DNA of 64,000 nt, from contig OZ024750.1 of assembly GCA_964016885.1 (NCBI GenBank), positions 35,092,001 to 35,156,000 on the forward strand, in the 5' to 3' direction. This document shows positions 24,800 through 37,790 of the stretch, piece after piece. How positions within the stretch are numbered: position 1 is the first letter of the stretch; every line of letters starts with the position of its first letter. The translations under genes and the position numbers were made by a program. The stretch is from Eledone cirrhosa. Its lineage: Eukaryota. Under the pieces are notes generated by a model. The model ran no database searches, was not told the origin of the DNA, and saw only the letters and a list, made by a program, of their open reading frames with translations.

Positions 24800-26315
24800 T
24801 AAAAATACTATAAACATTTGAATTAACAAATCTGTTTTTAGATATTTTTTCTCCTAAGTTATTACAGGATGTTAAGTGATAAACCTACAAATGGTCACAA
24901 CAATCTGTCCACTAGTTATGATACTTTCACAACAATCTGTCCACTAGTTATGATACTTTCACAACAATCTGTCCATTAGTAAAGATACTATAAACATTTG
25001 AACTAACAACCTATTTCAGATATTTTCTACTAAATTATTACAAGATGTTAAGAGATTAATACTACAAATGTTCACAATTGTCTGTCAACGATTAAAGACA
25101 CTATAAATATTTTAACTAACAAACCTGATTTTCAGATATTTTCTGCTTGCGTTGGACAAAGCATGTCTCTAAGATTGTCAAGAAGGCCGAAGGTGTCTTG
25201 GCATCACTCAGCAAGACCTTTGTTAGCCGCTCTCCAGCCATCTATTTAAAACTGTATACAGCTATGGTACGACCACACTTGGAATTCACATCATCAGTCT
25301 GGAACCCCTATCTTGCTCAGAACATTGACCTCCTGGAAACTGTTCAGAGATGTGCAACCAAGCGCATACCCTCCATCAGACACCTACCATACTCTGAACG
25401 CCTTGCTTCCCTGGGCATGGATTCATTGAAGCTCCGACATCTGGCAATGGACTTGGTGAATACCCACAAAGTTTTTAACCATCTCGCCAATTGCAACCCT
25501 GAGCGCCTTTTGATCTCCATGTGTCTAACACACGTGGACATGCCTACAAGATCAGAAAACAGCACAGCTCCCATGACTTTCGTAGACATTTTTTCACGCT
25601 CAGAGTTGCTGAAGCATGGAACAAACTGCCTGCGTCAGTTGTTAGCTGCCGAGACACTGCATCCTTTAAGACACTCATGCTTCCCGAAATACGCCAAAAC
25701 TACACCTGATGTACCCCTTCCATACACATGCACACATGTGTGTATCATGACTCGTGCACTGTTCATTTTACTGATGTTTGTGCATTGCCCTATGTACTGT
25801 ACATGCACTTTTTTGATGAGTTGTGGTGCACCTGGGCACTGTACACAATATTTCATTATTGTTATTATTATTATATCATGACTCATACACTGTTCATTTT
25901 CCTGACATTTGTACATTATTCTATGTACTATACATGCACCTTTGATGAGTTGTAGTGCACCTGAGCACTGTACACAATAATTTCATTATTATTATTATTA
26001 AATCTTTATAAGATTTCACAATAATCTGTCCACAATTAAAGATACTATAAACACTTGAATTAACAACCTTGTCTTAAGATATTTTCTACTAAATCATTAC
26101 AGGATGTAACTACATATTTCCACAACAATCTGCCCACTCATAAATTAACAAACATGTTTGTAGATATTTTACACTAAATCATTACAGGATGTTAAGAGTT
26201 AATACTACATATTTTCACAATGATCTGTCCAGTAGTGAAGATACTATAAACATTTAAATTAACAACATATTTCAGATATCTTCTGCTAAATCATTACAAG
26301 ATGTTAAGAGTTAAG
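24800..26315. repeat. Diverged 120-130-bp tandem repeat interrupted by a CR1
   Basis: AAGATACTATAAACATTTGAA..GATATTTTCT.CTAAAT.ATTACAGGATGTTAAG occurs about 3 times on each side of the CR1. Confidence 0.75.
25147..25999 (+). mobile_element. CR1-type LINE 3' fragment with duplicated 3' UTR
   Basis: LYTAMVRPHLEF..WNPY..LETVQRCATK..YSERL..NTRGH..HFFTLRVAEAWNKLP with one frameshift, (ATT)n tail. Confidence 0.92.
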
Positions 26316-27040
26316 ATGTTATGTCTGGAGTTATTTTTAGTGTTACCCTTCAGCAATGATTTTGTTGAAATGAGGTTTCTGTTCTAAAGACACTTTGTTC
26401 ATATCCTTCACGTGTTTACTATTAAGTTTCAACTTCAAAGAAATGTTACAGTATTTTTGTTTGATTTCATGTTTTATTGAAAAAGTAATTTTAGTCTTCA
26501 GTTCAATTTTCTCCTCACTCAGTGTCTTTGCCAACCTACTTTAACTTGAATGAATGGGTTGTGTCATTCCTCAATATCGTAATTAGATTTGTTTTTATTC
26601 TCTAATTGTATCCTACAATTCAGATTTGATATTTTTAAGATTCTCTATCTTATTTAATAAAATAACTATTTTATTTCAGATATCTTCAATCTTTATCAAC
26701 TTTGCAAATTTCATTGTTGTTTAAATGTTGGGAAAAAAACTAAAAACTAAAATTTAGAAGTGTTTGAATGCAACAAGTGAGGGGGAAAAAGGAGCAGAAT
26801 AAAGTGAAATGTTAGTTGTTTAAGTTGGAAAAAAATTGAAAAATATTTCAGAAACAGAAATCAAAAATAAAAGAAAATAGATTTGCATCCCCAAAAAAAT
26901 GAAATAAAATTAAATAGTGTGTAAAAAGCAAGGAAAGGCTATGAAAATGTGAAGCTCTTCAAAATAAAGAAAAAAGAAAGTTGTAGCCTATGTCTGATAT
27001 AGTAACTAACAAACCAACTGATAGGATTTACACCTGCAAT

Positions 27041-27486
27041 CAGGGTTGGATTTAGACCTTTGGGGCCCGGGGGGGGGGGGGGGGGCACTTCAGGTTTGGG
27101 GGTGGGGGGGGGGACCTTCATATACAAAAAAAAATAGAATACACAGAAAACCCCTCAATTTTACATATTAAAGTTAGCTTGGCGCAAGTAATTTGGATTT
27201 AGACTTTCGGGGGCCCAGGGCACTTTAGGTTTGGTTGGGGAGGGAGGGTGCTCATATACAAAAAATTATATACACCAATTTTTCATATCAAAGTTAGCTT
27301 GGAACAAGTAATTGGAATTGAGAATTTATACATACAGGTATTAAATTAAAAAATTGTAAACATCCTAAAACTAAAAATCCCAGCTGAGGGAACAAATAAA
27401 TTGCTACAGCCATTACCGATTCCCCCCCCCCCCCACCACCACTGCAGGGAGTCCACGGCGATTGCTCCTCATTAAATTTGGCCCTG
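27041..27486. mobile_element. hAT-like MITE
   Basis: Imperfect TIR CAGGGTTGGATTTA / TAAATTTGGCCCTG, GGGCCC subterminal motifs, CCTGCAAT and CCCGCAAT near the ends. Confidence 0.55.
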
Positions 27487-27656
27487 CCGCCCGCAATATC
27501 TTCAAACCAGTTTTTTTTCAGCTCTCCACTAATTTTACTGACTGAACATTTAATGTTTTTTTTTTGCATTAATTGACTAATTTTACTAGTGTAGAGTCCT
27601 ACCTAACATTTTATTGTGCTTATGAATCTAAAAATCATGTTTAATGAGTTCCATTT

Positions 27657-27860
27657 TGTGTGTGCATGTATGTATGTGTGTGTGTGTGTATATGTGTATA
27701 TATGTGTGTGGTGTATGTATATATGTGTTTGTATGTATGAATGTATCTATGTATGTATCTATGTATGTATGTATGTATGTGTGTGTGTGTATATATATAT
27801 ATATGTGTGTGTATGTATGTATGTATATCTATGTGTGTGTGTGTGTGTGTTTGCATGTGT
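27657..27860. repeat. (GT)n/(GTAT)n microsatellite
   Basis: Directly visible. Confidence 0.9.
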
Positions 27861-27895
27861 TTAGGATATAGCTGTTTTTAAAATTTTGTTTCATA

Positions 27896-28042
27896 TTTTC
27901 CTACCCTATTTGTTACCACTTCTAACTCTACTGTGTTGTTGTGTAGCAGAGTTTTTCTATAATTACTTTCCTACCCTATTTGTTACCACTTCTAACTCTA
28001 CTGTGTTGTTGTGTAGCTGGGCTTTTTCTATAATTACTTTCA
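27896..28042. repeat. Tandem duplication, about 71 bp x2
   Basis: TTTCCTACCCTATTTGTTACCACTTCTAACTCTACTGTGTTGTTGTGTAGC occurs twice. Confidence 0.85.
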
Positions 28043-28274
28043 AGAACGCAGTAGTAAAGAAAGGAAAGAAAGAAAATTAGAAGAAGAATCATTTATTTTT
28101 TTCGAATGTAATGTAGACTGATTATTTTTGTAATTTCTATCTAGTAAACAAAACTATGATGCTCACAGCTGTTGCTTGAATAAAACTGTCATAGTCAACC
28201 ATATTTCTTTTCATTAGATCTTATAAAATAAAGACAAATTCTAAAAGACAAATCCTTATACCTCGTGTCTTCTT

Positions 28275-28903
28275 TGTTTAAGTTGTTGACTGTTGTGTAT
28301 ATATTTTACACAGCTACTGTTGCTGTGTTGACTGCCGTGTATATTTTACACAGCTACAGTTGCTTTAACCTGTTGACTGCCACTTATATTTTACACAGCT
28401 ACAGTTGCTTTAACCTGTTGACTGCCACTTATATTTTACACAGCTACAGTTGCTTTAACCTGTTGACTGCCACTTATATTTTACACAGCTACAGTTGCTT
28501 TAACCTGTTGACTGCCACTTATATTTTACACAGCTACAGTTGCTTTAACCTGTTGACTGCCACTTATATTTTACACAGCTACAGTTGCTTTAACCTGTTG
28601 ACTGCCACTTATATTTTACACAGCTACAGTTGCTTTAACCTGTTGACTGCCTATTATATTTTACACAGCTACAGTTGCTTTAACCTGTTGACTGTCTATT
28701 ATATTTTACACAGTTACAGTTGCTTTAACCTGTTGACTGCCACTTATATTTTACACAGCTACAGTTGCTTTAACCTGTTGACTGCCACTTATATTTTACA
28801 CAGCTACAGTTGCTTTAACCTGTTGACTGCCACTTATATTTTACACAGCTACAGTTGCTTTAACCTGTTGACTGCCTATTATATTTTACACAGTTACAGT
28901 TGC
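28275..28903. repeat. Minisatellite, 45-bp unit (48-bp variants), about 14 copies
   Basis: TATATTTTACACAGCTACAGTTGCTTTAACCTGTTGACTGCCACT repeated. Confidence 0.95.
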
Positions 28904-29754
28904 CTGTTTTTTTCCAGAAAAATGACTTTTTTTAAACAAACATTTATTAACAATACATATCTGAATGATAGACAAACATCACATCAATAAACTAGTAACC
29001 CCATCTAGCTTAGAAATTATGAACTGTTGGAACCAAGTTCATAACTTTGACGTTATAAACTGTGAGAAAAAAGTTCAAACATGTTAGGACAAGTTATCTC
29101 GTCTCTGGCACTGAAGAGGTTAAATGGGTTTTTTTTTATTTACATTTAAATAGAGGGAATTTCTAAAACTTTATTTTTCAAATCATCATAACAAGATTTA
29201 ACATGCTAGACAGTTTTTACTAGCAACTATGTACATCAAACTATTCTTGGTGCCACCCATTATCTCTTTCTAATTTGTAAACCTATTTTGTTCCTCTTTG
29301 AGGAGTTGCAAGTGGCAGAGTACCAGCTATTGGAACATGTGTTACTTTGTCTAATCTGATGATTGCCTCCTTTCTTCTGATAGCAATTGTAACAGTAGCA
29401 GCAATGGAGAGACCACATCGAATCTGATAATTGACTCCTTTCTCCTGCCAGTGGTTATGACCAGCAGATAGTAGCAGCAATGGGGGAGAGGTGCTAGGTG
29501 AGGGGTGCTGGGGAGGAGTGCTGGTGGGGTGTGCTGGTGGGGTGTGCTAGTGGGGTGCTGGGGTGGGGTGTGCTAGTGTGGTACCACCACACTACCATCA
29601 CACTACCATCACACTACCACCACACTACCACAATACCACCACACTACCACCACACTACCTCCCACACAACCACCACACTTCCACCACACTAGCTCCCAAA
29701 CTACCACTAAACTACTACCACACTACCACCACACTACCCCCACACAACCAAACT

Positions 29755-30206
29755 TATTTAACTGGGAAGTGTTCCCTAATTCTTGCAGCCCCTACCAATA
29801 TTTAACTGGGATGTGTTCCCTAATTCCTGCAGCCCCTAGCAATATTCAACTGGGATGTGTTCCCTAATTCCTGCAACCCCTACCAATATTCAACTGGGAT
29901 GTGTTCCCTAATTCCTGCAACCCCTACCAATATTTAACTGGGATGTGTTCCATAATTCCTGCAGCCCCTACCAATATTTAACTGGGGTGTGGTCCCTAAC
30001 TCCTGTAGCCCCTACCAATATTCAACTGGGATGTGTTCCCTAATTCCTGCAACCCCTACCAATATTTAACTGGGATGTGTTCCCTAATTCCTGCAACCCC
30101 TACCAATATTCAACTGGGATGTGTTCCCTAATTCCTGCAACCCCTACCAATATTCAACTGGGATGTGTTCCCTAATTCCTGCAACCCCTACCAATATTTA
30201 ACTGGG
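29755..30206. repeat. Minisatellite, 44-bp unit, about 10 copies
   Basis: AACTGGGATGTGTTCCCTAATTCCTGCA.CCCCTACCAATATT repeated. Confidence 0.95.
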
Positions 30207-30307
30207 AAGAAATCCATAATCCCCCCCCCACACACACATCTCCAGTAAGGAATACATGGAATGTTAGGTTATTAAGTCTTTATGTATTTTACAAATACTC
30301 ACCTTGC

Positions 30308-31500
30308 CTACACCACACCAAACTACAACACACCACTCCACACTACACCACTCCATACTACACCACACTACACCACTCCACACTACACCACTCCATACTA
30401 CACCACACTACACCACGCCATACTACACCACACTACACCACTCCATACTACACCACACCAAACTACAACACACCATGCCACACCTTGCCACGCCACGCCC
30501 CGCCACGCCACGCCACGCCATGCCATGCCACGCCACGCCACGCTACAACACACCACACCACACCACGCCACGCCACACCACGCCACGCCACACCACGCCA
30601 CGCCACGCTACAACACACCACACCACACCACGCCACGCCCCGCCACGCCACGCCACGCCACACCACGCCACGCCACGCCACGCCACGCTACAACACACCA
30701 CACCACACCACGCCACGCCACACCACGCCACGCCACGCCACGCCACGCTACAACACACCACACCACACAACGCCACGCCACACCACGCTACAACACACCA
30801 CACCACACCACACCACGCCAGACCACACCACACCACACCACACCACACCTCACTGCACCACACCACACCACTCCACACCACACCACACTACACTACACTA
30901 CACCACACTCACCACACCACACTACACCACACCACACTACACCACACCACACCACATCACATCACTCCACACTACACCACACTACACCACTCCATACTAC
31001 CCCACACCACACTACACCATACCACACTACACCATACTACACCACACCACACCACACTACAATACACCACATTACACCACACCACACTACACCACACCAC
31101 ACTACACCACACCACAGTACACCACACCACACAACACCACACCACACTACACCACGCCACACCACCACACCACCACACACCACCTCACCACACTACACCA
31201 CGCCACACCACCACACCACACCACACCACCTCATCACACCACACTACACCACACCACACCACCACACCACACTACACCTCACCACACCACACTACACCAC
31301 ACCACTCCACACTACACCACACAACACCACTGCACACCCCTCCATGCCACACTACACCATACTACACCATACTACACCATACTACACTACACTAGACCAC
31401 ACTACACCACACCACTCCACACCACTCTAGAAAACCCTAGTCTAGAAGACCCCAGTCTAGAAGACACCAGTCTAGAAGACACCAGTCTAGAAGACCCTAC
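30308..31500. repeat. Pentanucleotide satellite (CACCA/CACTA/CGCCA)n followed by a 15-bp unit x5
   Basis: Directly visible; TCTAGAAGAC.CCAG repeats at 31426-31500. Confidence 0.95.
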
Positions 31501-32127
31501 AAACATCATAAATGCCACCCTACTCCACCCCACACACCCCTCCTATCAATACCCATTAAAAAAAAACAACAATTAAAACCTCATCATCATCACAAAATAT
31601 TTCCCATATCCATTTTTCTCCAATGTAATGTAGGTTGGATGACTTTACAAAGTTATCCATATGCAGATATTTCTAAAGGTCAAATTAGGAAGAAAAATAT
31701 CAGAAGTAAAAATAAAGATACTTAAAAAAAACCCCAAACAAATAAAAAAAACAAAAAACAAATAAAAAAAACATTAAAACTAAAAAAAGACAAGTAGCTT
31801 ATGATGTGTAATATATCAGAAATTTTTGTTCAATACCTCAATTTTGCCCATTCAGTGATGCGTCACATTGTCAAAATAATTAGACATTCTGAAGCAAATT
31901 TAGTGTTGCTTTGTTGGACTGTTATGGAAGAGCAGCAAGATTTATCCCTGCTGAGAAAAATGCAAATGTTTTATAAATAAAGAAGAGTGATGAAAATTGT
32001 AACAATCTGTATGAAAGGGGAAAATAAATCTATTTGCAATATTTCAGCTTCACTAAATCCTAATCATGAAATGAAAATTCCATGGAGAAATGTTGAATTC
32101 GAGCAATAACAAAATATTGTGACATTT

Positions 32128-32746
32128 GTGTGTGTGTATGTCTGTGTATGTCTATGTGTGTGTGTGTCTGTGTATGTGTATGTGTGTGACAGTGTATGTC
32201 TGTGTGTGTGTGTGTCTGTGTATGTGTGTGTCTGTCTGTGTATGTCTGTGTGTGTGTCTGTATGTGTGTGTGTGTGTGTGTCTGTATGTGTCTCTGTGTA
32301 TGTGTGTGACTGTATGTCTGTGTATGTGTATGTCTGTGAGTGTGTGTATGTGTGTGTTTGTATATGTCAGTGGTATGTGTGTGTGTGTGTGTCTGTGTAT
32401 GTGTGTGTATGTGTGTGTCTCTGTGTGTCTGTGTGTATGTGTGTGACTGTGTATGTCTGTGTATGTGTATGTGTATGTCTGTGTGTGTGTATGTGTGTGT
32501 CTGTATATGTCAGTGTGTATGTGTGTGCGTGCGTGTATGTCTGTGTATGACTGCATGTGTGTGACTGTCTGTGTATGTCTGTGTGTGTGTGTCTGCGTGT
32601 GTGTGTGTGTGTCTGTGTATGTGTGTGTGTGTGTATGTGTGTCTGTGTATCTGTGTGTGTATGTGTCTGTGTATGTCTGTGTGTGTGTGTCTCTGTGTGT
32701 GTGTGTCTGTGTGTGTGTGTCTGTGTGTGTGTCTGTGTATGTGTGT

Positions 32747-32780
<34 letters not shown>

Positions 32781-32830
32781 CTGTGTATATGTGTATCTGT
32801 GTGTGTGTGTATGTGTATATATGTGTGTTT
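32128..32830. repeat. Compound (GT)n microsatellite
   Basis: Directly visible. Confidence 0.95.
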
Positions 32831-33394
32831 AAGTGTGTCGATATATATGACTTCTACAGGACTAGAACTATATAAAATAAAGATGCCTATACTCTAGCAA
32901 TATATTGAGTACCCTTTTTAACTGTGTTTACCCCTGACACAACTTGGGAACCTACATATATATATATCTTCATTGTCATCCTTATTATTGTTTAATATCC
33001 CTACCTCATGCTAGTATGGGTTAGAGGAGTTGTCCCGTTGTGAGACAGGTCACATCAGATGACCTTGTCTTGCTCACACAGAACTGTTTCTGGCTTGGGA
33101 TCTATGACTGGATGTCTTTCCTAATGTCCATCACGTTTACATATATTTATTTAGATAGATATATCTGAAATGTGTGTGTGTGTGTGTGTGTCCTAAGGCA
33201 AATGACCATGCTAATAATCAATAACTATAAATAGTAGTTGAGAAAATTGGGTAAAGTTCTCTTGGAGATGGAAATAGTTAGATAGAGGCACCTGCAAAGA
33301 ATTGAACTCTATTTATCTCAGATGCTGGTCAAGTATGTTAACCACTACCCTAAAGAGTCACTGGCACCTAATTCCATTTATTATTTATAATGAA

Positions 33395-34348
33395 GGGCGG
33401 TGAATTGGCAGTATCGGTAGAGGGTCGGACATGCTTTCCGGCATAGTTACTTCCCTTTACGATCTGAGTTCAAATCCTGCCGAGGTTAACTTTGCTTTTC
33501 ATCCTTACGAGGTCGATAAAATAAAGTACCAGTAATGCACTGGGTAATTGCTGGCCTTGTGCCAAAAGTAGAAACAATTATTTATAATGAAGGTTGATTG
33601 GCAGTATCAGTAGAGGGTCGGACGCCATGCTTTGACGCATAGAGTTACGGCCCTTGCGATTCTGAGTTCAAATCCCGCCGAGGTTAACTTTGCCTTTCAT
33701 CCTTACGGGGTCATCATCATCGTTTAACGTCCGTGTTCCATGCTTGCATGGGTTTGGACGGAGGGTTTTCCCACTTGAGGCAAGAGTGGTTATCTTGCTC
33801 GCATAGGACTATCTGGCGGGTTTTCTACAGCTGGATGCCCTTCCTAACACCAACCACCGATAAAATAAAGTACCAGTAATGCACTGGATAATTGCTGGCC
33901 TTGTGCCTAAAGTAGAAACAATTATTTATAATGAAGGTTGGTGGATTGGCAGTATTGGTAGAGCATCAGACAACATGTTTGCAGCATAGAGTTATGTCTC
34001 TTTACATTCTGAGTTCAACTCCTGCCAAGGTTAAGTTTGCCTTTCATCATCAGAGGGTTGATAAAATAAAGTACCAGTCACGCACTGGTGTTGATTTAAT
34101 CGACTTTCCCCTCCCTCAAAATTTCTGGCCTTGTGCCTATAAAAGAAACCATTATTTATAGGCGGATTGGCAGTATAGGTGGAGGGTCGGACGCCATGCT
34201 TTGACGCATAGAGTTACGGCCTTTGCCATTCTGAGTTCAAATCCCGCCGAGGTTAACTTTGCCTTTCAACCTTACGGGGTCGATAAAATAAAGTACCAGT
34301 AATACACTGGGTAATTGCTGGCCTTGTGCCAAAAGTAGAAACAATTAT
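33395..34348 (+). mobile_element. Four head-to-tail M1 SINEs, the second split by an RTE-b tail (33712-33857, minus strand)
   Basis: Heads at about 33395, 33592, 33935 and 34160. The core GGGGT|CGATAAAA of the second copy is split by the insert. Confidence 0.88.
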
Positions 34349-34464
34349 TGATAATGATTAACTATTTTTATGATCACTTACGTTTGGAGGCACACATTTC
34401 AAATCTCAAATTTTCTCAATGTTTCTTAAGTGAATATACACATGTACACACAGACACACATATA

Positions 34465-34499
<35 letters not shown>

Positions 34500-34589
34500 G
34501 TGCACACTTACAGGATAGAATCCCTTCATCACATGACTAACTGAGGAAACTAAGTTCCTTTGAAGAAGGGATTTTTATCTCAAAATATA

Positions 34590-34860
34590 AGATGCATGGT
34601 TTAATGGTTAGAGAATTGGATTTGCAATCGTGAGGTTGCGAGTTCAGTTCTCGTACTGGCCTTTCCATTATGTCCTTGAACAAGACACTTTATTTCCTGT
34701 TGCTCTTTCTGCCAGGAGTTGCAGCTGTAGATAGTATCACCAATGAGAAAAACCAATGGAAACATTATTTCCTTGGTCCAATTTAATGAGTTCTACCACA
34801 CTTGGTAAGCCGATGTGTCGAGTATATTGTTGATTCATCAAAAGAATAAATAAATAAAAT
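34590..34860 (+). mobile_element. tRNA-CORE SINE with a different tail (C3)
   Basis: GCATGGTTTAATGGTTAGAG, GAGTTCAGTTCTC, GTCCTTGAACAAGACACTTTATTTC. The tail CCAATGGAAACATT.TTTCCTTGGTC also occurs at about 725, 11170, 11440, 35070 and 53990 (-). Confidence 0.7.
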
Positions 34861-35174
34861 TAAAAATAAAGTATCTTTTTAACTAGATCCACTCCATCAC
34901 CATCATCATCATCATCATTTTTATGTCCTCTTTTCCTGGGTTGGATGGGTTGGACAGATCCTTCTCAACACAGCATTCTATCCCTCCATTTGCCACATTC
35001 TTTCATCATCATCTCAAATATATTTAATTATCTTTTCAATGTGTAGTTGCAAATGAAAAATTTCCATCCGTCTTTGGTCTGATTTGACAAGTTCCACCCC
35101 ACTCGGTGAGTGAATGAGGTCTGGGATCTTGTCAATCATACAAAAAACAACTCCAAGGTAACATCCCAACTTCT

Positions 35175-35347
35175 ATCGGTAGAAGGTCGGATGCCATGCT
35201 TTGATGCATAGAGTTACGGCCCTTGCGATTCTGAGTTCAAATCCCGCCGAGGTTAACTTTGCCTTTCATCCTTATGGGGTCGATAAAATAAAGTACCAGT
35301 AATGTACTGAGTAATTGCTGGCCTTGTGCCTAAAGTAGAAACAATTA
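35175..35347 (+). mobile_element. M1 SINE, 5'-clipped
   Basis: Matches the M1 consensus. Confidence 0.8.
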
Positions 35348-35395
35348 TTTTCTATACTTTATACAAAGCTTCTACAACACGCTCTTACTTTTTTA

Positions 35396-36166
35396 TTAAC
35401 CCTTTAGCATTTACTCTATATATACTAGTGTGAAGGCACATGGCTTAGTGGTTAGAGCATTGGGTTTGCAATCAGGAGGTTGTGAGTTCGATTCTTGGAC
35501 TGGGTGATGCGTTATGTCCTTGAGCAAGACACTTTATTTCATGTTGCTCAAGTTTACTCAGCTGTAGAAATAAGTTGTGATGTCACTGGTGTCAAGCTGT
35601 ATTGGCCATTGCCTTTCTCTTGGAAAACATCGGTGATGTGGAGAGGGGAGGCTGGTATGTAGGGGTGACTGTTGGTCTTCCATAAACAACCTTGCCATAA
35701 ACAACCTTGTGCCTCGGAGGGGAACTTTCTAGGTGCAAATCCCATGGTCATTCGTTACCGAAGGGGGTCTTTACCCTTTTTTATATATACTTAGCATTCA
35801 CTGTAAATGAGGTTGGTGTTAGGAAGGGCATCCAGCTGTAGAAATCAAGCCAGAATCAGTTCCCATATGAGCAAGACAAGGTCAGCCGACCGGACACTGC
35901 CCACAACAGGACAACCCATCTAACCCATGCTAGCGTGGAAGAATGGACATAAAACGGTGATGATGATGATGATGACTATTATATTTTCACTCTAAAGGCT
36001 TTACCTCACATAATTATCTTACATGATATCAAATCTATGAGATTTTGATATTATTTATATTGAGGACGATACCTTAACATAATTATGAGCAGCGAGTCAT
36101 GACTTGTTTGAACAGAAAGAGGTGAGAGAATTCTGGCCAGATATGACTGGTTTAAATGCTAAAGGT
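35396..36166 (+). mobile_element. P1 piggyBac-type MITE interrupted by a composite tRNA-CORE SINE (35428-35974)
   Basis: The MITE halves join across ACTA|insert|ACTA. The insert has a tRNA head, CORE, a distinct body and an RTE-type (GAT)n tail. Confidence 0.8.
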
Positions 36167-37404
36167 TTTTTTTTATGCCTACTTCTACATCTATATAGTT
36201 ATACTCTCATCACCATTTCAACAAGTACAGTAAAATCTGTGCTTCACTAAAGAGATCTAATAAGACTGAAAACTGTCCAGAGTTTCTCTCCCATGCTTGC
36301 CAAAATATCATACTTAAAATTAATTATTGAACTGATATTGTCTTTAACTCACTATATAAATATTTGTAATTTACATGCCTGAGGTAGGAGGGGTGTTTTC
36401 TTCTCTGAAGACCTTCTGCTGTCCAGCTCTCCTGAGAGTTTCTTACCACTGTAATTAAATGTTTGATGTTCACTATACTAAATATATTAGCACTAACAGC
36501 TAATTTAATGTTTATTGAAACTTGGAAGTGATATTGTTTCTAAGGCAAAGTTCTTGTGTGTTATATTCTTTTAGTTATTAAAAGTGTCATCATCATCATC
36601 ATCGTTTAATGTCTATTTTCCATGCTAGCATGGGTTAGACGGGTTGTCCCATTTTAGGCAAGTCAGGTCAGGTGGCTGTGTCTTGCTCATACAGAACTGT
36701 TTCTGGCTAGGTTTCTACAGCTAGATGCCCTTCCTAACACCAACCACATTTACAGTATGGACTGGGTGTTTTTGTCATGACACCTACACAACTACTTTAC
36801 CGTGGATTGGGTGCTTTTTGTCGTGTGTAGAATAAAATGTATTGCATTAGATTATATTTTAAACACTAGGACCTCTTCTATTCTCTCACTTCTCTGCCAA
36901 CAGAAAGTTATTGAAAAAAGAACCATAACCAAAGAATTTCATTATTTTCTGCCTTTTATTATTTTTTCACAAACACTAAAACATCGATTATTTTCTCAGA
37001 TGCTTGATGGAAATGTTTCAATTAATTTTCTCACCACATTTACCAGATAACAATGAAATGACTGGATTTGGAAAATAAATAAATAAATTTGCTACATTTT
37101 CATTATCAAATATCTTGTTGACTCTATTATTCATAAATGAATATTTGAAAACTGTTTTACAGTGGGAAAAAATAATTCACCAGCTAGACCAAGGATATTG
37201 AATACCCTACTGTTGTAATGAGGTAATGTTGGTGCCACAATAAAATGCACCCAGTAAAGGTGTAGTGCATTAGTGCTGGAGTCATGACAAAAAGCACTCG
37301 TTACACATTATAACAAGAAGGTAGTAGTCCCATAATAAAAAAAAAGCACCCTTCCACCCTGTCAGGTGGTAGTTCCAGAATCATAATGATAAAATGCTCC
37401 CAGT

Positions 37405-37790
37405 ACAAGCTGTGAAGTTGTTGACATTAGGAAAGCCATCCAGCCACAGAAACCATGCTCATAGTTCATACTGTAAAGTGGTTGGTATTAGGAAGGACAT
37501 CCAGTCATATAAACCATGCCCCCAGTACATACTGTAAAGTTGTTAGCATTAGAAAGGACATCCAGCCATAGAAACCATGCACCCACTACAAGCTGTGAAG
37601 TGGTTGGTGATAGGAAGGGTATCCAGCCATAGAAACCTCGCTCCTAGTACATGCTGTAAAGTGGTTTGCATTAGGAAGGCCATCCAGCCATAGCAATCAA
37701 GCCAAAACAGAGTATATGAGCAGGATGTGGTCACTTAACCTGTCTAGCTTCAGTATGTGACAACACATCAAACCCATGCAAGCATGAATT
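37405..37790 (+). repeat. About 61-bp tandem repeat x5 derived from the RTE 3' UTR motif, followed by tail
   Basis: TGT.AAGT.GTT...ATTAGGAAGG.CATCCAGCCATAGAAACC repeated with divergence. Confidence 0.75.

Noticed and set aside
28265-28990. 241-aa repeat ORF (YILHSYSCFNLLTAT)n
   Set aside because: Translation of a 45-bp minisatellite with no coding context.
29283-29480. 65-aa minus-strand ORF in unique-looking DNA
   Set aside because: Contains an internal diverged duplication, no recognisable domain and no good splice sites.
30282-31576. His/Thr/Pro-rich ORFs
   Set aside because: A pentanucleotide satellite open in all three plus-strand frames.
35433-35505. tRNA gene-like sequence (also heads at about 4100-4163, 52270-52332, 54840-54907)
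   Set aside because: A and B boxes are present but no acceptor stem is apparent, and the sequence runs into CORE. These are SINE heads, not tRNA genes.
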